A DNA stretch of 64,000 nucleotides from Eutreptiella sp. 'Long Island Sound 2002' (taxonomy: Eukaryota; Protista; Euglenida): the NCBI GenBank assembly GCA_964036045.1, contig OZ038378.1, forward strand, positions 16,616,001-16,680,000, in the 5' to 3' direction. The position numbers and the translations under genes were made by a program. The notes under the pieces are model-generated. The model was not told the origin of the DNA. It saw only the letters and a list, made by a program, of their open reading frames with translations, and searched no databases. Below are positions 52,667 to 64,000 of the stretch, piece after piece; the stretch's first letter is position 1, and the number at the start of each line of letters is the position of its first letter.

Positions 52667-53695
52667 ATCAAGACGGAATATTGGGACCGAGCTGGTGGGG
52701 GAGGGAACATCAGCTATGAGTGGTGAGGGACATCAAGAATGATTCACACATTGATGGCTCTTGACAAAGTGAAATCAGCTTGCATGTGAACCCCATCACA
52801 CGAGGCCCACTTTCAAGGCTTTTTGGACTTCTGAGGGGCCAACATGCTCCAAAATGGGCTCAAAATGGGCTCATTTCACCCGTTTGTGCAACCCAAATGG
52901 TTTGGGATGAGGTTTGGAAAAATGCGTTTTTGACCCATTTTGACCCATTTTTGGTCCCAAAACAGCCCATTTTCAGGGCATTTTGGGATCTTTGGAGGAC
53001 CAAAATGCGCCACCACAAGCTCAAAACGGTCCAAAAACACTTGTTTTAGCGTCGGACATGGTCTAGGATCATTTTTGAGAAAAGTCATCTTTTTGCCCCT
53101 ACTGGACCTTGTTGACCCATTTGGGCACCCACCTGTTTGGGCTTGAGCTTGCAGCTTGCCGCAGCCTAGTGGGCCTAGGTATTTGGGTCTAGGTGTCCGT
53201 TTGGGCAATTCTGAGGGGTGGAAACCACAAAAAGTGGGGGGTTGCGGGTGGAGTAGGTGCCCTCGGAATCGTATTTTGAGCCATGTAGCCAAAGATATGG
53301 CCTATTCTTGGTTTGTGGCTGTCGGCATTTGGAGCTTCTTGGGGCCTTTTTGGGCCATTACCGGGACATGTCATGGAGTTAGAGGGCGGCAAAGAGCTCG
53401 TTGACACGGGGAAGTCAAGCTGCATGTGGAGTGTACCCACCGTTTCCCTTCGTTTGGCCGTTTTGAATGTGTTCCAGGGCTTTTTTGGCCCAAAAATGGC
53501 TGTTTTTGGCCGTAAAATGCAGTTTTGGAAACTCAGGTCTGTCACTTGCGAATCCCGTTCCCGGCCGCCACCGTTGAGTTTCTTGCTCAAACTTTGTGTG
53601 ATTGTACTTCACACCCATAGGTATCATCCACCAAAATTTCACCCGAATCCGAAGCACCACGACGGAATTCTGATTTTTAGCCATTTCGCGCGTGC

Positions 53696-53734
<39 letters not shown>

Positions 53735-55004
53735 GCTGCTAAACCTGTTAGGTCCACCCTAGACCCTAAAGAGGGTTATAAAACCAAGACTGGTTCCACC
53801 AGCTCGGTGAACAGCAACCCTAACCCTAACCCTAGCCCTAAGCCTAATCAAGACTGAATATTGGGACCGAGCTGGTGGGGGAGGGAACATCGGCTATGAC
53901 TGGTGAGGGACATCAAGAAGGATTCACACATTGATGGCTCTTGACAAAGTGAAATCAGCTTGCACGTGAACCCCATCACCATGAGGCCCACTTTCAAGGC
54001 TTTTTGGACTTGTGAGGGGCCAAAATGCCCCAAAATGGGCTCAAAATGGGCTCATTTCACCCGTTTGTGCACCCCAAATGGTCTAGGATGACGTCTGGAA
54101 AAATGCGTTTTTGACCCATTTTTGACCCATTTTTGGTCCCAAAACAGCCCATTTGCAAAGGATTTTGGGATTTTTGAAGGACCAAAATGGGCCACTACAA
54201 GCTCAAAACGGTCCAAAAATACTTGTTTTAGCGTCGCACATGGTCTAGGATCATTTTTCAGAAAAGTCATCTTTTTGCCCCTACTGGACCCTCTTGACCC
54301 ATTTGGGCACCCACCTGTTTGAGCTTGCAGCTTGCAGCAGCCTAGTGGGCCTAGGTATTGGGGTCTAGGCGTCCGTTTGGGCAATTCTGAGGGGTGGAAA
54401 CCACAAAAAGTGGGGGGTTGCGGGTGGAGTAGGTGCCCACAGAATCGCATTTTGAGCCATGTAGCCAAAGATATGGCCTATTCTTGGTTTGTGGCTGTCG
54501 GCATTTGGAGCTTCTGGGGGCCTTTTCGGGCCGTTTCCGGGACATATCATGGAGTTAGAGGGCCGCAAAGAGCTCGTTGACACGGGGAAGTCAAGCCGCA
54601 CGTGTAGTGTACCCACCGTTTCCCTTCGTTTGGCCGTTTTGAATGTGTTCCAGGGCCTTTTTGGCCCAAAAATGGCTGTTTTTGGCCCTAAACTGCAGTT
54701 TTGGAAACTCAGGTCTGTCACTTGCGAATCCCGTTCCCGGCCGCCACCGTTGAGTTTCTTGCTCAAACTTTGTGTGATTGTACTTCACACCCATAGGTAT
54801 CATCCACCAAAATTTCACCCGAATCCAAAGCACCACGACAGAGTTCTGATTTTTACCCATTTCGCGCGTGCTGCTGCTTGCTGCTGCTGCTGCTTGCTGC
54901 TGCTGCTAAACCTGGTAGGTCCACCCTAGACACTAAAAAGGGTTATAAAACCAAGACTGGTTCCACCAGCTCGGTGACCCTAACCCTAACCCTAACCCTA
55001 ACCC
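52667..55004. mobile_element. Head-to-tail array of a 1167-bp repeat resembling a non-autonomous Helentron/DINE-1-like element (5'-truncated unit 52667-53783, full unit 53784-54950, start of a third unit 54951-55004)
   Basis: The repeat period of 1167 is directly visible. Inverted repeat CCACCAGCTCGGT (53796-53808)/ACCGAGCTGGTGG (53866-53878) near the start, (GCTT)n/(GCT)n microsatellite near the end, and terminal hairpin ACCCT-AAAG-AGGGT followed by TATAAAA. The Helentron class is an inference. Confidence 0.55.
54978..55001. repeat. Perfect (CCCTAA)4 interstitial telomere-type repeat
   Basis: Direct reading; degenerate versions at 7962, 30774 and 53816. Confidence 0.9.
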
Positions 55005-55455
55005 CCCCTCCCCCTCACCCTTGGCTGGACCCCCCCCCCCCAACTGCCCCCCCCCCGCCCCAAGTTTTGACAGATAGCTTCGGGGGGGGGTCGCATCAGG
55101 ACCAATTGTAGTCGCCCCGCCGGGTTGTAGATACGACACCATATTCCGGGGCAGACCAGCGTACTCGCTCGGCTCTAACGTTCTTTTTTTCTATCCGTTG
55201 GCAATGATTCGCACAGCCCTATTAGGTCATGTGCATGGGAATAGCACATCCTCCTCCGATGCCTGCCCTTCTCCATCCTCGTGTTAATGCTGCCATACAA
55301 GGGAGGGGTGGGGGGCGCGACAATGACAACGGGTACACGGAGGTGAACAGGCAAAGGTGCTATCCCATGTTCAGATTCCCCCAGTGGACCTCAGGGGAGG
55401 CATGGCATGCAGCATAGGGCATTTTTCTGGTTCACCCACATTCCATGTTTTGTAG

Positions 55456-55919
55456 GCCGAATCTCTGTGAAGACCCAACCGGCAGCCAAGATTCCCTTGA
55501 CATACAAGAGAGTGGATGGTGGTGCCGTGGATCTTGTAACCAAACTGGACACTGGTTGTTATTCACCCCATGAGAAGGAAAATCGATTTGACTGTGTCAT
55601 GTCTGAGGAAATGGCAAAGGAAATTGGACTCAATCTACCAGCTCACTGCAGTGAGAGGAGCAAGGGCACAACTCTGTATGGTGACTTCCAGAAGGATGCG
55701 GGTCGTGTGGAGGTGAAACATCCTCTTAAGGATCAATACCACACAGCAAGAGTCCGAGTCCTTTACAAATTTGATCCGATCAAGGATGCACCTGTGCCAG
55801 TTGACCGACAATACTCTCTCATCTCATACAACCTCATGGCTGAAATGAGGATCAAGGCAGATCCTGCTCGCGATATGGTAGTAGATTGTCCTGAAGAATA
55901 TCAGGAAGAACTGGACTAA
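55456..55919 (+). CDS. Retropepsin-like (clan AA) single-domain aspartic protease, probably a terminal exon
   Basis: Stop-free frame to TAA with VTKLDTGC (D at 55548), MSEEMAKEIGL and C-terminal SLISYNLMAEMRIKAD, matching the retropepsin layout. TTTTGTAG| acceptor at 55455. Confidence 0.7.
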
Positions 55920-58900
55920 AGTACAGACGGGGTAAGTCGCAAGAACATGGGCTTGGAGAACAACATCAAGTTTTTGCAGCAATGTCTAGATTCGCAATTT
56001 TGTTGTGTGATGCTGGCGATCAACGAAATCAAGGAGTGATGGATTGGGGCACAAGTCGACACAGCATGGTGGGAATTGAAGTGGATTTTGGGCAAGGTAG
56101 TGAGCAACATCACCATGAGTATTCTGGGGCTTGCAGCAGTTAGAACGTCCAGAGCGGTGGTGGGCGGGGTGCACAAGCAAAACCGAAGAAGGAGTTCATG
56201 TCGCCTGGTGTCAGATCACTTGTCTCGGAACAACTGTGAACCACATGGCGCGCACATGACACCTCCTGCAATGCCTTTTCCGATGCAGGTCAACAACTGC
56301 CCTGACTTGGTTGCTTTGAGGGCTCAGAGTTCTACTTGAAAACTCAGCCCTCATTGGGGTGTGGTGCTGAGCAGAGGTACACAGAGCATCGTTCGCAACA
56401 CAGGGCTACATCATTTCATTGTTCTCCATGGTTTTTTGCGCCCTTCTCATGCATGGATAGTTTTCTAGCATTCTTGGCATCGTTCCTTCATAACTCCGGT
56501 TGATGATATGTGCATCTCTGGTGCTGAGGGTCAGCCGCGTCTCCGCAAAATCTTCTTCAATGCCATTGGCCAAGCCACAACCTTCTCTGGCGCGTTGTAT
56601 GCGGGTCAATTTTATGCCAAAATTTGGCTTCCGTGCGTTTGCAACAGACGGAGAAGCGAAATATTTTGACCAGTTTCAAACAGATTGTTGTGCACCACTG
56701 TCAGTGCCGTTGCTTCCCTATCCATCACCGGTGTCCCTTGACAACTACTCCTCCTGCTGGTGTCACTATTACTGCCGCCGTTGCTGTGGATTAAGGAATC
56801 ATTGTCAACACCAAAGTGTCAGCACGAAGGAGGATGGAGAGCAGGCTTCAATTTCCTTCAGGCACGAATTCACATATGCCACTCGCGACACCGGGTAACA
56901 TTTTTGACAGCGAAACGGCACCCAATCAAGCGAGTGTGCTTTGCTTCTGCTCGCCCCAAACAATGGGATTTGGATCAGGATTAGGGTGGCTCGGGCCGCC
57001 CTTTGAGACTGAGAAAGCTGAGTGTTGGGGACGCAGGGGACTGCATTGTGCTTCACATTCCCAAGCGGCTGCTGCCCCAGTGCCGCCGCATCCGACAGTT
57101 CTACTGGGGCCCAGATCTTGTGCAATACTGCAGAGGGTTTCTGTGGTGTGTTTGCACCAAGTTGTCACGGCAAAAAGCGTCAAACGTGTTAGGACAGTGA
57201 GGGGCCGTGACCTGGGCAGGGCAGGGGTGCCCCTCCCTCTTGGGTGTGAGCTTTGATTGCTTCCCCAATGGCTCACCAGCTGTTTTGTATTTCCCAGACC
57301 TTGTTGTCCCCACCCTTTTCCATCCGCCAATCACCGCTTTAGCACCATGTTTGACACCTCTTTCTCGACCTCCTGTCCCCTCTAGTGCATTCTTGGGGGC
57401 GGAAATGTATTGCATGGACGGTTCTTGTCCAAAATTGTTGCCGCTGGAGCTGGCGGTTAGCCAACTCACCGATGGTGGTCACCAGTGGCAGTTTGCAGGC
57501 GGCAGTGATCAACTGCCAACGGCGCCTGAGCTGATCGCCAAGTGCCTGTGGTTCAACATCAACTGATGGCGGGTTGGCGATGGGAGGGGCAATGTGTATT
57601 TCTCGTGAAACTGCGCCCTGCCAGTCGCAGGCCGGTCATGAGCTGCTGCGAGACCTCTTGGTGTCTACCATTCTTTGCTTTGACTTCACTGCACCTGCGC
57701 CTTTCCAGAGGCACAGGCAACTGGTCAAGGTGGATGAGAAGATTCCAAGGGGAAGTACAGGCCTGTCCTTGAAAGTGGGGTGGTATCTCGTTTGGAGTCA
57801 ATGTTCCTGCCACTGCAACTTTCCCATGCGCCCCAAATTGCCATTCAACTGATTTACAAACGCACGGATTTGCCCCAATCCGGCTAGAACACCATGTGCA
57901 GTATTTGCCCACCCAACTGGCAGCCGCATCTGTAATGGAGACCCACCGGGGGGGGGGGGGCTGGTCCTTGTTAGCCCCCCCCCCCCCCTCCCGCCCCAGG
58001 TTTTGAGAGATAGTGGTGTGGGGGTCATGGCGCCAACAGTGCCGCCCCTTTTTTTTTTTTAAATCCTTAGTTGAAGGGAGTACCATGTGTTTGGTCCTTG
58101 TTGTGCTCCCTTTGTACCATGGCAACCCTCGACCTCGCATACCTCCATGCCTCCATACCCCTAGACACACATCCCCCCTCGAGGGTTGCATGTGGTAATA
58201 GTGGGTTGCGCGCACACCCCCCCCCCTTGGGGACCTGCCCCCCGCCGTACTGCCAATCCCCCCACCCACCCTCCCGCTGATACCCCCCCCCACCACCCTC
58301 CCTCCCCGCGGAGTTCCACCCCGGTGCCCACCCTAAGTATTCACCGGGTTTCTCGTCCACGCCGGGCCGAGCTGCCCCTGGCGCTGCCACTGGGCCTGAT
58401 GTATATCGACCCCTGGCTAGCGGCTACCCCCGTTGTAGCAGCCCCCCCCCCCCCCCCTTCGAAATGGCCTCACACCTCCCAAGGAACTTCGGCGTGGAAG
58501 ACCTGGAACCCTGCCCCGGTGCCGCATGGGCCATGAATCGACATGGCCCTGAGAGCCTTGACGGCGTGACCCTGGCTTGCTCCGCGCCCTTGGGCAGCAG
58601 CCGTATAGCGCCACGCGAGTCAGACGTCCCCCGGGCAGGAGCCACCCCCCCAACCCCCGCGGCAAGCACGCCCGCCGGGGACCTCGCCCACCCCCGTGGG
58701 GGTGCCTCACCACGACACCCCCCCCCCCCCAACAGCCCCACCTATCAAGGCGCAGTCTTCCACATGGACAACACGGGGAGCCGCAGTATTACTTCCCGCC
58801 CCCACCACGGCGCAGGGCCAACGTATATCACCTCCTGGCTCCCCCGGTGCCGCCGGGCAGTGCCACCGGCCTGGCAAGGAGGCAGGGCCGATGTATATTG

Positions 58901-59149
58901 GCCGTCTTTGGCCTGGCGCCGGCTCGCACTGACCACGGCCCCCCCTCCTTCCCCGCGCGAATGCACACCGCCCCCCTCCGCCCCGCGCGCCCATGCACCC
59001 TCCCTCCCTACCCCTGCCTTGTCCCATGCTCCCCCTGTGCCCCCTTCTTGCAGGTTCTCCACAGGTGCGAGCCGAAGACGGTTGGGAGGGGCCCTGACCC
59101 CCCTTCCCCCCCTTGTAATACCTATGCCCTTGTCCAAGCCACAGCGGGC

Positions 59150-60150
59150 GTAGGGACCGTATGAAGTTGGTACCTAATTTGATTCGGTACAAATGTAGTG
59201 CAGCCACATAAGACATGGGTTTGGTGACGAATTTGACATTTACATAGGGTCATGGACACATTTGTGAGTGTTTGCCCACTTGAACCCACATTGCTCTGAT
59301 TTTGGGTACATTTGTGCAATATTTCCCCCTTTCTCGCACCAGCTCACCATGTATGTGGTATGCAGAAGGTACAGCCTTGTCCAAGCTACAGTAGGCGTAG
59401 GGACTGTATTCATTTAGGACTTTTGCGTAGCTATTACCAGGGGAGGGGGGGGGTAGGTGTTGCGCTACGATGTGGTGTTTGGTGGGGTTCAACATGGCTC
59501 GTAGGAGTTTGTGAAGTGGTGAATCACAGTGATTGGGATGTGGATCATGGCGACAGAGTCTTCTCTGTATCGGGGGGAGGTGTCATGTTTCCCGCAGGGG
59601 TGCAGGCTCTGATGGGGTGGTGGTGCAGGAGCGCCAGATGCCAGTCCGGAAAGCGATCAAGTGGCAGGAAATACTGCTCGACACCAAGAATCGGATTCAA
59701 GATGAAATCAACCGAGGGTGGGATGTTGCGTACTGTGATTGGTCTTGGAAATGTACATTGGGGTTAGGGCTAGGGTACATTGGGGCTCTTGCATGCGGGA
59801 TTCGGCGTCTGGTTTGCTCAGGGGGATCACGTGAATGAAGATAGGGTGCCCCCCACACACACAATGTGTCAATACAGTGGGTACCGTCACACGTTGGGAT
59901 AAAGGGCAACGAATGCGCAGATGAAGGCGTGGTCAGGGGATCAGCGCAAGCATTCCTAAAGGCTGACATTCGTTGAAATTGGCTAAATGGGAGCCAGTGT
60001 GTCATCAAATCCCAGTTTGGCCCCATACCTAGACCTTGTGCAATGCCTTGTCTTGTGTTGCACAGGGGGCGCTGCTGATGTTGCCATGGCCTGTACCGAC
60101 CAGACTGAATTCCCTCATCAAAAGGGGCGGGTTGGGTGTGCCTCAAAGGC
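59150..60150 (-). mobile_element. Possible decayed non-LTR retroelement 3' region
   Basis: Fragmented protein-like minus-strand frames (e.g. SYAKVLNEYSPY...VP). No unambiguous motif. Confidence 0.2.
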
Positions 60151-60347
60151 TGAGTGCATGACCAAGTGAATAAAAGAGCGCAAAGAGAAAGCGGCAGTCA
60201 CTGCGACAAATGCAAGCAAAAAAAGACAGAGAGGACAGATAGAAAAAGGATAAAGGAACAAGGGCGAAGTCAAAAGTCTCCCACTGCATAACCTGGGTTC
60301 AGACTCAGCTAATCCTCACTGCCTGTCAGATCCGCTACCACGCCATT

Positions 60348-61333
60348 GTGCCTCTACCTGACCTGACCACCTGTCCTCCACTCCTAGGGGCACGACAAAC
60401 ACTGGCGGCCCTTGCTAGAACTGCCCCCCAACTCAGAGGAAACAGGCGACCCACGGAGCTTTCTCCTTGGGCAGAACTCGGGTCACCAAATGAAACTTTG
60501 AAGGCCCTCGGTGAAGCCCAAGAGCGTCACGTTAGGAGACAAATTAGTAAGTTGCGCCGTGCTGCAGTGCGTTCATCAGACTGTTTTTTTCAATGGTGAA
60601 ACGCTGGAGAATAAGAATGATCTGGCAAGAAACTCCACACCCACCCTGAGAACGAACACAGCATGTACTCAACCATTCCGCCAGTGATCCACAGTACAGC
60701 AAGTCATACTGTTTTGACCTGTTCCGGAAGCATGTAACAAAGCGATCATGGAACACACAGGAGCCTTCCTACCAAGATTCTTTATGGCCTTAGGGCTCCC
60801 CAAACGAATTCCACCAGTCCCAGCGGCATCCCTCCCCACCCCTGGAGGCAGTCACCGGAGTGGCTCAAGAAACAACCCTATGAGGCCATAGTAGACGTTT
60901 GGTGGGGAAGCAAGATACCATGTTGTGGCTGGCCTCTCGGGTTGTCTTGATCTACAAAAAGAAGGACCCACAAAACCCACGTAATTACGGACCAATATAC
61001 GTGTCAACAGCCATCTGTGGCATCCTGAACTGACTAATTCCAAAACAGATAACACATGCAATGGCCCCAAGTTTCATCGCAATACAGCACAGAGGCCTAA
61101 GAGGACAAAACACAACCACACTAGCCACCTACCTTTTGAACAATATGTACAACCACAGAGGTCACCAAGCCCAACTCACCGTGGCCAAGGCCTTCCCCTC
61201 TGTGCCGCAAATGATGATCACCAAAACTATGCCCGTTACAGGGGCCTTTGACCCCACAACACACATAATTTCCGAATTATGCAACTGCACTCCGCTGGTT
61301 CTGTGCCTCCATTGGCCTCAACCACCTACATGA
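60348..61333 (+). pseudogene. Non-LTR retrotransposon reverse transcriptase remnant (RT domains 0-3), dead and 3'-truncated
   Basis: VVLIYKKKDPQNPRNYGPIYVS (60941), in-frame TGA, QHRGLRGQNTTT, and LTVAKAFPSVP (degenerate LDxxKAFDSV). No QG or YADD motifs follow. Confidence 0.85.
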
Positions 61334-62238
61334 AGGGGCCCTATGGGTATTCCTCCAAAACCCGAGGGGCATGCCTGTAGGGGCCAGGGAAGGGTAAAAT
61401 TTGCCTTGCCTTCACGTTGCTGTGGCGACACTGTTCCGTTCTGCAAACCCCCCGCCGCTACCCCCGCGCAGCAAAGGCCCCCCTTTAAACCCCCCAACCC
61501 CTTTATATATTGGTTTGGAGGGGGTTTGAATCATGAAAACCGATTTCCAAGAAGCACGCCCCCTGGCCTTTCTGAAGTAGGAAGTGGGAACATGACCTGC
61601 TCAAGGCCTCCACAGTTACAGACACAGGATCAGGTATTGGCAGGGCGAAAATTGAAATGATGTGTACGTGTGGGTGTGTGGGCTTTGGGCTTTGGTTTCT
61701 TTGTCAGAAAACGGCCTTAGGGGTGCACGGGTTGCCTCGCTTCGGGGATGTTAGGCATCGGTGCACCCACGTTTCCTCTCACCAGGCGGTAAGAGGGCGG
61801 GGCGCACACCGTCCTAAGTGCTGTCGTGCTTGTGCGCTTGTGCGATCATTCCGCCTGCCATGCGGCGTGCTGTGCGTGCGTGCGTGCGTGTGTGTGGTTG
61901 CTTGGTCACCTCACACCGTGTTTGTGGGGGGGGGGGGGGGGGGGGGGCTGAATCTGTGCAAAGCGGTGCAAGCTCCAATGTACATTCCTGAGGGCTCCTC
62001 TGGAATACACCGTGACACGGTACAAAAACCCTTCGGCCGGTAAACAGGTCCATGCCAAATGGTGCAATGGTGCAGGCCTGGTGTATGCCACGCCTAATGG
62101 CCTCGGACTTTCTGGCGTCAGAAGATCACATTGATGAAGCGACGCATTGTGTTTGAACTCGCCGCGCATTTGATCTTCGGTGTGTGCCATCCAGTGCGCG
62201 GCATCCACCATCTCTTCAACAGAGGCCTGCTTCGTCAC

Positions 62239-63405
62239 ATGAAAATCTTTCTTTCTGTCGTCTTGGTCTTGCTGCTTGCGAACCCCACAAGGTCTGCCTC
62301 CATATTTGATGGCACCATCAAAGTGGGGGTGCCGCTTGCTGGAGGCAAGTGGGCCAATTTCTCCCAGGAGTTCATGATGGCCTTTCATATGGTGAATGCG
62401 CACGTGCGGGACACCGGAGGCATCCCCATCGGAGGCAAGCGGTACGTGTTCGATTTCGTCACGTACAACTTGGGGGACGAGGTTTGCCGCTCGCGCCCAG
62501 CGTGGAACTCTGGTTAGTAGCAGTGGCGCCCGCGTCACACATTGGCGGCTCTGCTCCCTGGGCATAGCACGCCCACATCTGATGTGATTGGATGTGACTT
62601 AATTGGGCACATGTATAGGACCCACCCATCCGGTTGTTTCTGCTATTGGTTTGGAGGAGTTATATTGGTAATCGACGTCGTTAAGCCATTTTCGTCACAT
62701 TGTCATTAGCGTCCGCGCACTTAGATACGATGGCGGGGGCTTATCCAGCAGGTTGCCGCAAGCAGAGCTCTCCATGGACCCTCTCCATGGCCTGGTTTAA
62801 GCAGGGGGCTTTGGGCTGCTCCTCCCGTCTGAACCCTGGGGGGGGGGGGATTATGGCAGATTTGGGGATCATATCGCCTCTGTGAAGGATGTAGTGAGAA
62901 TTCTGGCTGGGGATTTGTTTGGCCACTCCTCCAGTGGTAGGGTACAAAAAAAAAACCCAGATCAGGACAAAAATCCCCCAGGGGTGTTATCGTTGATGGG
63001 CGGGGGCTGGAAGAGATGGGTTTCAAGCCCTCTTGGCATACTGCGTTCAACTGCGCTCTCCAAGCGCCTCCACCCGGTGCCGCATGATACAGCGGTGCCA
63101 CAGTGCTGCTGTGTCGCTGCCCTTGTTCAGGTGAGTGATATGAAACAGGAGGCCCCCAAGGCCATGCAGTACTTCATCAACCAGAGCATCGACTACTACA
63201 TGGGCCCGTACTCCACCGACCTGACCGGCATCGCCGCCTCATTCCTGCGGCAGGGCAACAAGACCCGCCTCATGTTCGCCAACGCCGGGTCCACGTATTG
63301 GTTGTACCAGTGCGTGCAGGACCCGCTGCCGGCCGACTGCCAGAAGGCCGGCGACCGCCGCAACCCCGGCCTCTACGGCACAATGACCGCCAGCAATGAA
63401 CAGTG
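62239..63405 (+). CDS. Secreted or receptor-type protein with a type-1 periplasmic-binding (LIVBP/ANF-receptor, Venus flytrap) domain; exons 62239-62481 and 63131-63405; the gene continues past the window
   Basis: Signal peptide MKIFLSVVLVLLLANPTRSA, then IKVGVPL...GGIPIGGKRYVFDFVTY and IDYYMGPYSTDLTGIAA. In-frame GT-AG intron (GAG|GT ... CAG|GTG), strong GC3 bias and a donor at 63406. Confidence 0.85.
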
Positions 63406-64000
63406 GTATGCGGTCGTCGACCACGCGTTCGTTCAAAAGCCAAGAGCATAGCGGTCATCACTCAGAAGGACGTGGCGTTCGCAGTGGCCTGTCAGGTATC
63501 AGGCCGTACTGCACGCACCCTAAGCCACCTCAGTTATGGGGGCTCTGCTGACCCCCCGCCCCTCATTGGAATATTGCGCACTACCGAAGTGTAACGCTTG
63601 GTGATCCGGAATCGCACCAAACCATCCGCACCAGAACGAAGTGGTCAAGCGTACTTCCTTTGTACACAAAACTTACCTTCGTGCCGAGAGGACGGATCGG
63701 CTGTCCATGCTTTGCCTTTATGGCTCACCCCGCCTTATGGTATTGACCGGATTATTTCCCCACCTTTATGGGGTGCCCCCCCCCCCCCCCCCCACGGCCA
63801 GCGGAAGCACACCTTTGGCTTCCACGCCATGGTTGTAACGACGCGCAGCCCTGCGCGCGTTTCCGAGGTTCCGCAGGTTCGGCCCCTCCCGCACAGATGG
63901 AGCAGCCCTGCCCAACGACCAGAATGCCGAGCCATCCTCCGCTGCTGTCCACATGGTATTGGCTTCGGGGGGGGGGGGGGGGGGCAGGGGGCAAGTGGGA

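Noticed and set aside
53796-53878. Telomerase RNA gene (CCCTAACCCTA template within a stem)
   Set aside because: The sequence is multi-copy, truncated and degenerate, and is part of a tandem repeat. No other telomerase RNA features can be supported.
52876-54929. 130-150 aa ORFs in the 1167-bp repeat
   Set aside because: They overlap on both strands, have no domain motifs and include microsatellite-derived tails. Treated as non-coding.
54978-55001. True telomere or de novo healing site
   Set aside because: Only four units, internal, and at the position where the repeat element always carries TAACCC motifs.
55920-56640. Ras/Ran-like GTPase pseudogene (VSAKSS...LAR, DTAW) or Tc1-like DDE fragment (APIHHS)
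   Set aside because: No P-loop or NKxD and no DDE triad in consistent frame or spacing. Likely chance matches.

Overview
Eukaryotic, repeat-rich, intron-containing DNA. A euglenozoan/euglenid-like protist is my inference, from TTAGGG-type repeats, a secreted LIVBP/Venus-flytrap receptor gene and abundant poly-G/C tracts. About 50 kb of the window is a very recent ~20 kb tandem segmental duplication: partial copy 1 at 1-7955, copy 2 at ~11065-30767 and copy 3 at ~31223-52666. Each copy ends at the same nucleotide against a 1167-bp Helentron/DINE-like repeat that carries TAACCC motifs. Inside the unit are: a SAM-like header exon; a 1.7-kb sub-repeat (3, 2 and 3 copies) built around a symmetric phase-1 exon made of a 21-bp heptad coiled-coil minisatellite; exons of a Pro/Ser/Gln-rich gene; a tRNA-derived SINE-like element; a gag-like zinc-knuckle remnant; and a decayed KDZ/Zisupton-type transposase. 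The single-copy right end (55-64 kb) holds an intact retropepsin-like (DTG) ORF, a dead non-LTR reverse transcriptase and the first two exons of the receptor-like gene. There is no CRISPR array, rRNA or intact tRNA. Most ORF-track entries are spurious. All family calls come from motif recognition by eye, not database searches.
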